This document shows positions 28,755 through 41,712 of a stretch of 64,000 nt of DNA, piece by piece. Position 1 is the stretch's first letter, and each line of letters begins with the position of its first letter. The DNA is from Octopus vulgaris (taxonomy: Eukaryota): assembly GCA_951406725.2 (NCBI GenBank), contig OX597821.1, positions 21,328,001-21,392,000 on the forward strand, given 5' to 3'. The notes beneath the pieces are model-generated. The model was not told the origin of the DNA. It searched no databases and saw nothing but the letters and a program-made list of their open reading frames with translations. A program made the translations under genes and the position numbers.

Positions 28755-29234
28755 TTCTTCTTTTCTTTCCTGCCTTTAACCCTCCAACGCGGAGTATAGG
28801 CCACTTATAGTTGAATTCCATGTCGCATAATTGTTCGCTTCTGTCCCTATACTCTGCCAAGAATGTCCCCCTTTCTCTAATCCTTTTTGTGTTGATCTAC
28901 GCCACGAGTTCTTAGGCCTACCTTTCTTTCAATATCCATCCGAATTCCACTGTAAAATACTTTTCGCTACATTTGGTTACGCTACTTTTTTGATTTCGAA
29001 AAAACATTTGATAGTGTAGATAGGGAAGGTTTATGGAAAATTATGCAGCACTATGGCAAACCAGACAAGTATATCTCTATAATAAGAGCAACTTACCAAG
29101 GAATGCCATGCCGAGTCTTGTATGGAAACGGAGCTACGGATAAATTCGAAGTAAAAACACGAGTTCGACAGGGCTGTATACTTTCTCCCTTTTTGTTTCT
29201 ACTAGTTATAGATTGGATTATGAAGGAAACTACA
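28755..29234. mobile_element. 5'-inverted, truncated RTE-clade LINE insertion
   Basis: Minus 28755-28975 is the ORF C-terminus (LQWNSDG..KKGRPKNSWRR...GLYSALEG*) plus an AAG-rich tail. Plus 28985-29234 is an RT segment (DFEKTFDSVDR...VRQGCILSPFLFLLVIDWIM). GTTCCTAT flanks both sides (28747-54, 29235-42). Confidence 0.85.
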
Positions 29235-29700
29235 GTTCCTATAGGAACAGCTTATTCAATATTGTTCTGTTTTTATCTCATAATAATTAAATGTGGTTTT
29301 GAGGGAAATTTGGTTGTTATACCTTGCTGGTCACCTGCTCGCTCTAAGTTCCTTACGTCTGCTTAAGTTGCTATGGATTTTGTTATGCTTGATATTGTTT
29401 ATGAGGTCGCTCTTTCCAACAGCTGCACCTGTCTTCTTTCACCTCCAAAACCACTACCATCAGCAACAACTGCGACACCAAAAGCAAATCCTCAATCATC
29501 ACCAGTGTTAAGAGCACCCTCGTCTTCTTTGCAGCAACTTACAACAGCATTAAGCTCAACTATAACACTACAGCCTTCTAATCAGATCCCACCACGAACG
29601 ACACCACTGCTACGCTCATCATCATCTTCATCGTCACCATCATCATCACGAAAATGTTAGTATTCCTACAGGAATATTAGTACTGAAAATATATATAAAA

Positions 29701-30096
29701 CTAGCAGTATCGCCCGGCGTTGCTCGGGTTTGTAAGGGAAATAACTATATAAGCATTTTTAGAGAGTTATAGCCAAAAAATAGCAAAAAATGCATTAAAA
29801 ATAGAAAAAAAAGATGGTAATTTTTTTTTTAAATCGTTGACTCATCGTAGACATGTTTAGAGAGTTACTTCCCTTATATAATAGCGAAAAAATTGCATTA
29901 AAATGAAAAAAAAATGATGGTAAATTTTTTTTTAATCGTAGACTCATCGTAGACGCGCGCTAATACCCAGAAGGGCTCGATATGAATCACGACTATAAGA
30001 TACCTGGTTTTGGTTAAACTGCACCGCAAAATGTGGGAGTAGTTAGGAATCTAAATCGTAGGAGACAGACACACAACCTTACTTTTATATATAAAA
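29701..30096 (-). mobile_element. Non-autonomous Helitron, body type A
   Basis: 3' hairpin CCCGAGCAACGCCGGG followed by CTAG|T on the minus strand. Body matches 61371-61672. Confidence 0.85.
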
Positions 30097-30514
30097 TTAC
30101 AAGACAACTCATAATAATAGTGATATTATAAATGGCGTATGCTCTAGGGGTCAGGGTGTTGCACTCACGATCGGGAGATCGCGGTTTCTTCTAATTTGAG
30201 TCCTGGGGTCGATGTAATTGACTATCTTCCGGCCACAAAATTTTAGGTCTTGTTCCTATAGTAAAAATGATTATTATTAGTATTATTATTGTTGTTGCTA
30301 TTGAGTGCCAGAGTAACGCATACCATCGCAGTGATGCTGGGGTACAAATATACGAAACCCAATACATACATTATGAATACCCGTCTGATGAGGGTACACC
30401 AGGCAGATACATCACAAACATGTATGCGTGAAGTGATGATCTCATATCAAGATAAAGAGATAGACAGATAAACATTCTTCCTTGCTGGTAGAATGGTTTC
30501 TGAGACGGGAGAAA

Positions 30515-30976
<462 letters not shown>

Positions 30977-30978
30977 AA

Positions 30979-31193
30979 AGGCGGCGAGCTGGCAGAAACG
31001 TTAGCACGCCGGACGAAATGCTTAGCGGCATTTCGTCTGTCTTTACATTCTCAGTTCAAATTCTGCTGAGGTTGACTTTGCCCTTCATCCTTTCGTAGTC
31101 GATAAATTAAGTATCAGTTGTGTACTGGGGTCGATCTAATCGACTGGCCCACCTCCCCAAAAAATTTCGGGCCTTGTGCCTAGAGTAGAAAAG

Positions 31194-31195
<2 letters not shown>
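30979..31195 (+). mobile_element. SINE family 1 (Meta-domain-like)
   Basis: Same head and core as 28325-28530, with an (ATT)n tail. Confidence 0.9.
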
Positions 31196-31250
<55 letters not shown>

Positions 31251-31252
<2 letters not shown>

Positions 31253-31468
31253 TCTTTACTCTTTTACTTGTTTCAGCCATTTGACTCTGGCCATGCTGGA
31301 GCACCGCCTTTAGCCGAGCAAATCGACCCAGGGACTTATTCTTTGTAAGCCCAGTACTTATTTTATCGGTTTCTTTTGCCGAACCGCTAAGTGAGGGGGA
31401 CATAAACACACCAGCATCGGTTGTCAAGCAATGCTAGAGGGACAAATACAGACACACAAACACACACG

Positions 31469-31510
<42 letters not shown>

Positions 31511-31660
31511 TACGACGGGCTTCTTTCAGTTTCCGTCTACCAAATCCACTCACAAGGCTTTGGTCGGTCCGAGGCTATAGTCGAAGACACTTGCCCAAGG
31601 TGCCACCCAGTGGGACTGAACCCGGAACCATGTGGTTGGTTAGCAAGCTACTTACCACAC
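31251..31660 (-). mobile_element. SINE family 2 (bipartite)
   Basis: High similarity to 26056-26521. Confidence 0.9.
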
Positions 31661-32051
31661 CATCATCATCATCATCATCATCGTCGTCGTCATCATCATC
31701 GTTGTTCAACATTTGGTAGTTTGAGGCAAATTTCTACTGCATCACCGGCTACACATCCGTGTTACTGGGGTGTGTGCTGTATTGTGTTCTTCTTAGCTGT
31801 TGGGATTGTGAAATCTCTTGCTAATAATGTATTGCGTCAGCATTTTTTCTTTTCCTTCTTTTCTTATTTTTTAAGGTGTGGAGCAATCTTTTATTGTATT
31901 ACTGTTTGTATTGTGTTGTGCGTGTGTAATGCATTGGGTATAGTGTGCTGGTGGTACTTTTTATTTCATTGGATAGTTCCTGCATTGAGTGCGAAACGTG
32001 TTTGTGCATTATTTTCTCTAGGCTGTACTATTGAATTGATAGTATCTTGCG

Positions 32052-32475
32052 TAGGCGCAAGAGTGGCTGTGTGGTAAGTAGGTTGCTTACTAACCACATG
32101 GTTCCGGGTTCAGTCCCACTGCGTAGCCCCTTGAGCAAGTGACTTCTACTATAGCCTCAGGCCGACCAAAGCCTTGTGAGTGGATTTGGTAGACGGAAAC
32201 TGAAGCCCATCATATGTGTGTGTGTGTGTTTTTGACCCCCCCCCCCCCACCGCCTAACTGGTGTTTGTTCCCCCCAACTGGTGTTTGTTCCCCCCAACTG
32301 GTGTTTGTCTTACCCAACTGGTGTGTTTACGTCCCTGTAAAAGAAACCCGGCAAGAGAGACCGATAGAATAAGTACTAGGTTTACAAAGAATAAGTCCTG
32401 GGGTCGACTTGCTTGACTAAAGGCGGTGCTCCAGCATGGCCACAGTCAAATGACTGCAACATAAAAGAATACGAA
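32052..32475 (+). mobile_element. SINE family 2 (bipartite) with an internal triplicated ~20-bp unit
   Basis: Head GGCGCAAGAGTGGCTGTGTGG. AACTGGTGTTTGTTCCCCCC repeated at ~32256-32325. Confidence 0.9.
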
Positions 32476-32534
32476 AAAAGGATGTGGGCTGTTTCTAGCA
32501 GGGGTATTTTTTGGATAACATGTAGTGTTGAGGA

Positions 32535-33109
32535 AGGCGGCGAGCTGGCGGAAACGTTAGCACGCCGGCGAAATGCTTCGTCTGCCGTTACATTCTGAGT
32601 TCAAATTCCGACGAGGTCGACTTTGCCTTTCATTCTTTCGGGGTCGATAAATTAAGTACCAGTTCCGCACTGGGGTCGATATAATCGACTTAATCCGTTT
32701 GTCTGTCCTCTCTGTGTTTAGCCACATATGGGTAGTAAAGAAATAAGTATTTCGTCTATGTTTACGTGCCTTGTGCCTAGAGTAGAAACGAATATGATGT
32801 CTGGAGGATCCAAGTATGGCTTCTGCGTTTTTGTTCATGTTTTTTATCATGACCAATCCTACAATTATTTCTGATATTTTCCCAATGCTCCAGTTATTAC
32901 TGGTATTAGTATTATTAATATTACTATGAAGTGGTGAGCTGGTAGAATCGTTAGCATTATTTCGCCCGTTCCTCAGTTCTGAGTTCAAAATCAGCCGTGG
33001 TCGATTTTACCTTTCATCCTTTCGGGGTCGATGAATTAAGTACTGGGATCGATGTGATCGACTGCTCCCCTCCCCACAAAATCCAGGCCTTGCGCCTATA
33101 GTAGGAAGG

Positions 33110-33110
<1 letters not shown>
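32535..33110 (+). mobile_element. Two SINE family 1 copies (32535-32790, 32930-33110)
   Basis: Head, B box and core present in both. Confidence 0.8.
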
Positions 33111-33168
<58 letters not shown>

Positions 33169-33749
33169 ATCTATTGGTATTGTTATTAATGTTCTTCTTT
33201 CTGCAATAATTCCAAATATCGTATATCACTATAAAGTTATTTTTGTATTTTCAGCTCGTAGTCACAGACTCCTGATTATAATAATAGTTTCCCCCGGAGC
33301 AGACATAGGAGATGGGTGGTGTAGATTGTATTTCAAAACAGGGATAGGGTTGGTAGCGGGAACATAACGTGTGTTAAACCTGTTGCACGTACAACGTGTC
33401 TGTCAGATCGGCATCGTACTCACATGTAGCATGCAAACAAACAAAAATTCGAAATTGATGATGTTGATGATAATGATGATGATGATTATTTTGACGACGA
33501 CTATGATGAAGCGCAGAGTAAAAAACAATACTGTGCACTCTTTGACCCCGTTTTACCATATTGCCTTGCCTATAAAATGAAATACATATGTATATGTTTG
33601 CGAATATCTTTGTGTGTATCCCTGTTTGTATGCTTGCACATATATGTTAGCGCTTTATCTATGTATGTATTTATGTATGTAGGTACGTACGTATGTATGT
33701 ATGTATGTATGTATGTATGTATGTATGTATGTATGTATGTATGTATGTA

Positions 33750-34080
33750 TGACTCAAGAGTCATCTTCGTAGTCATAAAGCGAGACAGATGAGTGACAAC
33801 CTGGCCAATGGTGGTGGTGTAACACACCATAATATTCATATCTGTCGGGCATGTGGAAGAGAGCGTAGTTCGGCAGGAGGACTTAAACGACATGCAAAGG
33901 TACATGAAGCCCAGTCACAAATACAGCCAGCTATTACCGGTAAAGGTATTAGCTGCCAATTCTGTACAAGACATTGTAGATCTTTAGCTGGGCTAAAAAG
34001 TCACATTCGATCGCAGCAGCAGTAACAGTTAAGTTTCGTGCAATGGCCATACTCGATAACAGGAGTGCAGCCATAATAAT
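33750..34080 (+). mobile_element. 3' end of an RTE-type LINE with two C2H2-like zinc fingers (second copy)
   Basis: ORF 33789-34025 closely matches 5614-5860. (TATG)n on both flanks. Confidence 0.8.
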
Positions 34081-34247
34081 GTATGTATGTATGTATGTAT
34101 GTATGTATGTATGTATGTATGTATGTATGTATGCATGTAAGTATGTTTCTATGTATGTATGTATCTATCTGTCTATCTGTCTGTATGTCTGTATGTATGT
34201 ACTTACCTAAACACATGCTTTATACTCATTAATATTTATATTCAACT

Positions 34248-34282
<35 letters not shown>

Positions 34283-34505
34283 GTGTGCGTGTGTTCGTAT
34301 ATATGTATAGATTATATTGTGTGTGTGTTTATTTAAGTGTGTGTGGTTTTTATTCTTTCATTTTTCACCTCTCACTCTCTCTCCCATTCCACATTCATTC
34401 CGTATAGAAAACATTGCAGATAATACAACCGCGCATGTTGAACCACTACTCAACAAACGCTGCACCACTGCAAATTGTTGGTATAGACAGAGAAGAAACA
34501 GCAGC

Positions 34506-34612
<107 letters not shown>

Positions 34613-34974
34613 CAGTGGTGGCGATGGTGGTCGTCGTGGTGCGATGTATGGGAGGTGGCTGTGCTGGTAGTCGCCATGTTGACGACGTATAGTGTTCTTT
34701 TTGTGTTGCTATTTAGCCCTAGGCCTACCGTCAGCGAGTAGGCATGTGTTTCAAATGCATATAAGTGGCGATCACCCTGTTTTCTTTTCTTGTTCCAAAT
34801 GGTGGAATACATTATCAGTAGGTTCTTCAGTGGGATGCAAATTGAGAAAGTTTTGCAATGATAGTGGAGGTGGTGATACTAATGAAGGTGGCGGTGGTGG
34901 TGGTGATGCTGTGCTCGCTTAATGTTGTCCCGGGTCATATCTATCTTTATCGTACCTTTGGTGAAGTGTTGCTT

Positions 34975-35133
34975 CGTTGTAAGTGGCTTGCTTACCAACC
35001 ACATGGTTCCCGGTTCAGTCTCACTGCATGGCACCTTGGGCACGTGTCGTCTACTATATACTCGGGACGACCAAAGCCTTGTGATTGGATTCGTAGACAA
35101 AAACTGAAAGAAGCTCGTCGTATATATGTGTGA

Positions 35134-35191
<58 letters not shown>

Positions 35192-35385
35192 ATGTGTATT
35201 AGTTTTTGTGTATGTGCTTGTCACCCCACCATCGCTTGAAATGTTGGTATGTTTACGTCCCCGTTACATATTGATCAGGCAAAAAGACCGATAGAATAAG
35301 TACTAGGATACAAAGAATTAGTCCTGGGGTTGAGTTGTTCGACTAAAGATGGTGCTCCAGCTTGGCTGCTGTCAAATGACTGAAG
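34975..35385 (+). mobile_element. SINE family 2, older copy
   Basis: Diverged head, (TG)n spacer and 3' module. Confidence 0.8.
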
Positions 35386-36584
35386 AAAAAAAAAATGTTT
35401 TGGGGACACTATAACTCGTTTCAGTAAGAAACTGTTATTTGCCAAAATAAATCCTGCCATAAGTGATTCTGTATTATTTTCTTAAGTGGCAAGGAATTTA
35501 TCTAGGTACCTTTAAAAGGTTCAGGGTTTCTTCCCTTTATTTGTGATAATGTTGAATAGAGCAGGGTTTCTTAAGGTGAAACCTTTGTGTTTCAAACCGT
35601 TTATGCGCTGTGAGTTTAATAATGTAGATGCATATTGAAAAAGATATCACTGTGTCTCAAAGGATTTTTACACTTGACGCTAATGCTGATGGTTTTTTCT
35701 TTTTTTTTTTTTTGCAACTAACCTCTAGAATGCTTCAGTTCTCAAGGTATTTTAATCAATTTAGACAACAAGGGGTAACGTTAATCCGTACAAAGGTAAG
35801 GGATAAAAAAAATTATGATATTTTTTCTCTCTGGACCATACTATACTTCTAAGAGGTCATGTTTTAGAGCTATAAAGCTGAATATAATCTGAAACGCCCT
35901 CTTTGACTTTATTGCACGCTAGCTTCGGTTACGAAACGGCAATTATTTCTAAGTTTTCAATATACCGTTAGTCGTAATAAAGGATTCATCAAAGAGGATG
36001 AATATAGCTGAGTTAGCACATCCCTACGCTCCAAAGCAAATCCAGCTGAGCATCCAAAATTGAGTTTCAGTCTCCTACTAGCACTAAAGAGCAGAACATC
36101 CACAGGAGAACGTCCAGATATCTGGAGAAATGCAGTTGCTGCAATATATTTTGGGCATACAAGGCGACCAGTCTAAAAGTAGCACTTTCGATTCTATTCA
36201 GTTAGCAAGATTAACACATCCCGAAGAGCAAGGCTGTCCGAAAAAGAACCGCCAACAATTCTCTCATTTCAGACAGACTAAGATATGCGAACTCAAAAAC
36301 TGCTAACGAAATGACTTTGGACATCTAGTCTCACCGATGGCTATCACCTAAAAAAACTCGCAACCTGAAATCAATGAGCAGGCAATCTCGCTTCGAAGGT
36401 AAGTAATCCTCGTTCATTTACAGACAGCAAGGGAAAATAGAACAAAAGGAAAGGGGCTGCTGACTCATCTAGTGGTCACGAAACCAAATGACTCGGTTTC
36501 CATGAAGTGTTGAGGTTCCCTCAGAAAGCATTTAGGAGCGAACAGTTTATGGTTGTTGTTGGTGGTAGTAGTGGAATTGTTATT

Positions 36585-37337
36585 GTGGATTCAAAGCAGC
36601 ACAAGACCAGAGCCACCCCACCAGAAATACCAAAAGCATATAATAAAACGAAACATAAAACGTAACTGGAGAATATGTAGAGATGGCCAAGAAACAATAA
36701 ACCATATTATCTCTGGCTGCCCACTCTTGGCTAAGAAGGAATATATTCAAAAACACAATAAGGCTAGTACTTATATACACTGGAATAACAATAGAAAAAA
36801 GATGGTATAGGCACACGGCAGAAAAGGTCACAGAAAATAAAAAAGCAACCATACTACTGGATATGCCAATACACATAGATAGTGAAATTGAGATCAATAG
36901 GCCAGATATAGTTGTCAGAGATCATCAGGAAAAAATGTCTTCTAATTGATGTATCAATACCAACAGATGACAACGTTTCTCTTAAAAGAAATGGAGAAAC
37001 TTTCAAAATGCAAAGACCTGGAAATAGAGGTAACTCGAATGTGGAGTCTAAAAACATAAACAATTCCTATCATAGTAGGTGTATTAGGTGTGATATAAAT
37101 ATATTCAGATAAATACATAACAAAAACACCATGATTAACAAATATATATAGCATACAGAAAATTGCACTACTTGGCACTGCACACATCCTATGTAAAACT
37201 CTTTCAATACAGTAACAATAACAGCATCACAACAAACCACAGTACATACCCAAGGCACACAGAGCTGCATTTGGTAGTGCAGTGAAAGCACGTGATAATA
37301 ACAACAACAACAACAACAACAATAATAATAATAATAA
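36585..37337 (+). mobile_element. 3' fragment of an R4/Dong-type RLE non-LTR retrotransposon
   Basis: Decayed CCHC knuckle (WRIC..QETINHIISGC), HN, RPDIVV, IDVSIP, KDLEIE, PIIVG.LG, QKIALLGTAHIL. Ends in an (AAC)/(AAT)n tail. Confidence 0.9.
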
Positions 37338-37819
37338 AATGTGATAAGATGTGTAACGTAGGTAATAGAAAAGACGTAGATTGACTTTTGTTTACTAAAA
37401 ATATTTCAATATGTCGCCTGATGACCTTCAAACATCAAAACATTCATACTAAAGTGTTGCCTAACCCAGCAAAGCTATACTTATGTGGCTATTAAAATTA
37501 TAGTTCAGAGTCACATCTACGAACTTGATCCTGAATAACAATTGATAATAATGCATATTTTGATGACATTTCATCCACATTTTTCACATGCCAGAATGCC
37601 TAGATTACAATTTATTCTGCTGAGGTAAAAACAAAATCCAATATATTTATGTATTTAAAAACATTTTATTCATAGATATTTTTTCAAATGATCATTACAT
37701 ACCCACCTTTTTTATTTAATTAATTTTTTTTTTGATTTACGAAATATGTCTTTTTTTTTATTAAAACACAAATTATGTGGGCTCTACACATATGCCACCC
37801 AACGCGGGGTAACACAACG

Positions 37820-38020
37820 AGGATTCATTTAGAGTTGATGTATATTCTGAATCCGCATAAGAACAGACTAAAGATGATATATTTTAGAGTCTGTGTAAAG
37901 TCTGAATCCCTGAAATAGCACAATCAGGATTCTATTATATTTTCAAATCGGCATACAGTTTGAATCCGTGCAGTTGCTCAATGAGGATTCTGTTATAGTT
38001 CAGAGTTGGTAAATCTTCAG
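37820..38020. repeat. Degenerate 55-58-bp tandem repeat with GGATTC/GAATCC inverted motifs
   Basis: GAATCC at 37849, 37904 and 37962. GGATTC at 37821, 37927 and 37985. TT(A/C)AGAGT recurs. Confidence 0.55.
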
Positions 38021-38322
38021 TATCGTTAGAATAGCGTATGATTTCTTTTCGTCTCTTGAGTTTAAGTTTTATGTTCATGTTTTCCAGTTTCAGCTCTTGA
38101 GCTGTGTCCATGCTGGGGCACCGCCATTGAGTTATAGAACTTTTTTTTCTTTATTAAATTTCACCGCAGTAAGTGCTTTCGATTATCTACAAACAGAACC
38201 GACAACGATCTTAGAACAATTTTATATATGTATATATCTATCTATATATATATATATATAATATCAGACGGAAAATTAGTGTTATTGTTATATTTTGAAA
38301 TTATGCGTAGATATCACTTACC

Positions 38323-38492
38323 TTAAGCAATGTATATATTAGTAGCCATACATATACGACCGTTGATGTAAAAGACAAAGAATCGCGCAACTTTAGTGAA
38401 ACTGTCATCATGTTCTTCGTAAACATAGGTCAATACGACAGGTAAAAAAATTGGATAGCGTGGGATTTCTTCTGCATTTGCATAGTAGTCAT
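38323..38492 (-). CDS. Last coding exon of the uncharacterised acidic protein gene (DDYYANAEEIPRYPIFLPVVLTYVYEEHDDSFTKVARFFVFYINGRICMATNIYIA*)
   Basis: Acceptor tttattctttcag|, phase 1 matching the upstream exon, open to TAA, then an immediate G|gtaagt donor (3'-UTR intron). Confidence 0.8.
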
Positions 38493-38718
38493 CTGAAAGA
38501 ATAAATAAATAGATCCTATTGTTAATGTATGTGTGTGTGTTTGTGTACATACATACATGTATACATACATATAAAGACATATATATAAATATATGCATGT
38601 ATGTATATATATATGAGTGTTTGAGCGTGTGTGGATGTGTGAGCTTGTCGGTAATACATATATGTAATTACAAAGTCGCACATCAACACACTCTCAAACA
38701 CTCATACGTATATATATA

Positions 38719-39089
38719 CTAGCAGTATCGCCCGGCGTTGCTCGGGTTTGTAATGGAAATAACTATAAAGCATTTTTAGAGAGTTATAGCCAAAAAATGG
38801 AAAAAAAATGATGGTAAATTTTTTTTTTAGTTAAAAAGGTCGAGTTGCGTCCCCTAGACAGTCTGTGGTTTGTGTTTCTGATTCTCGACCCCATGTCGAA
38901 TTTATCGATTTTTTCAGAACTGGGGGAACTTTTCAAAATTTTCGCTGCGTTAGTTTTGAATTATGACATTGGGCTATGTGTGTGTCAAGTTTCATCAGAA
39001 TCGGTTGAAAGCCGTGGTCAGGGTGAGGGTACAACCAAACAGACACACAGAAACACACACAGACAAACTGCCGTTTATATATAGAGAGA
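38719..39089 (-). mobile_element. Non-autonomous Helitron, body type B (intronic)
   Basis: A|TC...hairpin...CTAG|T on the minus strand, no TSD. Confidence 0.88.
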
Positions 39090-39097
39090 TATATATC

Positions 39098-39428
39098 GGA
39101 GTCCCCCTTCGGTCATGACTGAACATGTGATTGCACCTAGGAAGTTACCCTCCCAGGCTCAAGTCCGAGCAAGGTTGTTTATGGAAGGCCAGCAGTCGCC
39201 CATGCATACCGGCCTCCCTCTCCACGCTATCAGTGTTATCCAGGGGAAAGGCAAAGCCCAATTCGGCTTGGCACCTGTGACGTCGCAACACATTCTTACA
39301 GCTGAGTGAACTGGAGCAACGTGAAATAAAGTGTCTTGCTCAAGAATACAACACGCAACCCAGTCCGGGATTCGAATTCACATCCTCACGATGGTAAGCT
39401 CGACGCTCTAACCACTGCGCCATGCGCC
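39098..39428 (-). mobile_element. tRNA-derived SINE (family 3 relative)
   Basis: A box TGGCGCAGTGG, B box-like AATTCGAATCC, TTCTTGAGCAAGACACTT core. Confidence 0.8.
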
Positions 39429-39517
39429 TTCACCGTACATTTATATATATATGATGATGATGATGATATATATATATATATAATTAATCAAAATAAAAAC
39501 ATGATGCCAACGATTCA

Positions 39518-39595
39518 GCGGTACATATGTTTCGGGCCTTTATTAGACGGATTTATAACAATGCATAATGTGCGTCTGTGGCCTTCTTCATCCGC
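39518..39595 (-). ncRNA. Hammerhead-like motif with a C3-to-A core change and extended stem II
   Basis: GCGG ATGAAGA AGGCC acAGACG...CGTCT..GGCCC GAAAC ATAT GTA CCGC. Perfect 4-bp stem I and palindromic stem III ACATATGT. Confidence 0.65.
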
Positions 39596-39654
39596 GCACA
39601 ACTACTTCTTCAAGGACATGTATTACATCAAAAATTCTTGGTTGGGGATGCAAA

Positions 39655-39692
<38 letters not shown>

Positions 39693-39763
39693 ATTGACTA
39701 GAGGAGACAATGCAACAAAATATCAAACGCTAGAGTTCACTTTATTATACAATATTAACTCAC

Positions 39764-39871
39764 CTCCAAGATACGGCTGTAGAGGAAGAGCAAAGTCCTC
39801 ACTGTCACTGTCATCACTGTCACTGTCATCACTGTCACTGTCATCACTGTCAGTGTCATCATCAGACGATG
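39764..39871 (-). CDS. Asp/Ser-repeat exon (SSDDDTDSDDSDSDDSDSDDSDSEDFALPLQPYLG)
   Basis: ttgttattttag| acceptor, GAG|gtgagt donor, 108 nt, phase 1-1, no stops. Confidence 0.85.
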
Positions 39872-40027
39872 CTAAAATAACAATAAAAATACCATAAGAA
39901 CAACCTTACATAAGTGCTGTAAGATATATTATATATACATACATATATATATTTAATTAACTAGAGGAAAAAATGCAATAAAATATGAAACAGTAGAGTT
40001 CACTTTATTATTACAATATTAACTCAC

Positions 40028-40090
40028 CTCCAAGATACAGCTGTAGAGAAAGAGGAAAGTCATCAGTGTCAGTGTCATCATCAGACGATA
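40028..40090 (-). CDS. Paralogous short acidic exon (SSDDDTDTDDFPLSLQLYLG)
   Basis: ttgttattttag| acceptor, GAG|gtgagt donor, 63 nt, phase 1-1. Tandem duplicate of 39764-39871, including the intron flanks. Confidence 0.8.
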
Positions 40091-40241
40091 CTAAAATAAC
40101 AACAATAAAGCAATAAGAGCAATCTTACACAAGTGCCCTATATAGGTATAATGGGTAACATATTTATTTATGTAAGATATATGCACAAACACACACACAC
40201 ACATATATATATAATATATATAATTTATATATATATATATG

Positions 40242-40277
<36 letters not shown>

Positions 40278-40569
40278 ATATGTATAGAAATTAAAAATAA
40301 ATTACAAAATGGGACAAGAACGCAAAAACACACAAAGAGACGACACAAAAAAACAGACTGGTCATTTGAAGCCTCTAATCTTCAGTCGGGAACCGGATCA
40401 TCTTAGCAATTTCGGCTGATTAATCCTGATATCGGTCCGATACGGCCAGCCCCAAAGAAAAACTAAGCTACGAGCATTAGATTTCTTGGAAAGAGGATCG
40501 AATGTATACGAAACAAGGACAGCATGCCACATATATATACATACACACACACATACACACACACTTATA

Positions 40570-41317
40570 TCAGTTGCGATGGGTAAATTGTCGCCAATTT
40601 TTAGTTTTATTTTCGTGCATGTGCATTGTTTATTTTTGATTTCGTTGACTACAAAGTATAGTAGGGTCAGTTGGGCTCGGTAAAACAGTACCATGACACA
40701 ATTCACTCTGCCAGAAATTTGGAAACCATATGCTGAATTGCTTTGCATTCGCGCCGGAGAACTCACAGAACAATCGTGTCCCCAAAACATTTACGGAGAG
40801 TGATAAAAATCAAACATCCAGTCAACATCATATGATGGTGTTTGGAGTGATAATTAGTGTTGGAAACCTTATGCCTCAATTCATCTTTTCTCACTTAATA
40901 CGGGTGGCCTACATCAAATTTCCAGGAGGAGGTAGTGTTGCCCGGTTCAAAAGGATGGCTGCTGGAAGATGCTATACCTGTTTCTTTACTACCCACAAGG
41001 GGCTAAACACAGAGAGGACAAACAAGGACAGACACACGGATTAAGTTGATTATATCGACCCCAGTGCGTAACTAGTACTTATTTAATCGACCCCGAAAGG
41101 ATGAAAGGCAAAGTCAACCTCGGCGGAATTTGAACTCAGAACGTAGCAGCAGACGAAATACGGCTACGCATTTCGCCCGGTGTGCTAACGTTTCTGCCAG
41201 CTCGCCGCCTTAATGCTATACCTGGCAACAGGACTCTGCACCATGCCACATATACAGGAGAACCCAGTCATGGCTGTCAGGCAATTTCTGCGACCACAAT
41301 ATATTCACCGCACCCTG
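40570..41317 (+). mobile_element. Internally deleted Tc1/mariner-superfamily element (DD37D/maT-like) interrupted by a SINE
   Basis: Fragments KHPVN..MVFGVI.S.G.LMP.FIF, EEVVLP and WQQDSAPCHT. Ends resemble the CAGGGTGCG TIR seen at 63915. Confidence 0.7.
40981..41210 (-). mobile_element. SINE family 1, young copy with TSD
   Basis: ATGCTATACCTG at 40969-80 and 41213-24. Confidence 0.9.
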
Positions 41318-41634
41318 TATATTTATATATTGTATATATATGTATTTATATATCGGTTTGTGTTTAAAGAGATAACTGCCATTAGTAGGAAAGTTTTTTT
41401 GTCTTTTAATTAACAAACATAAATGGTATTTATATCTTACCTGCAAAATAAGTCGGGTCAAACAAGTCAGGGCTCCGGACAGACCCTGGCAGTGTATAAG
41501 CATCTGAAATGAGAAAGAGTGATATGCATGTATATATGTATGAATACATACATACATATATATAGTATATGCCTCTGTGTATGTGCGTTAACAGTTAAGA
41601 GACAAAACTGAGAAAGAGATGGAGAAAAAAACTG

Positions 41635-41712
<78 letters not shown>

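Noticed and set aside
33789-34025. Host C2H2 zinc-finger gene
   Set aside because: No TGEKP linkers. It is present as two 5'-truncated copies with a LINE-like 3' UTR and repeat tail.
36272-36398. Plus-strand exon (tttcag| ... AAG|gtaagt)
   Set aside because: Stops occur in all three frames. At most it is a non-coding exon or a chance match.
40345-40460. Permuted hammerhead on the minus strand (GCCGAAA ... CTGAAGA)
   Set aside because: Stems I-III could not be built in canonical geometry. Probably an unclassified repeat.
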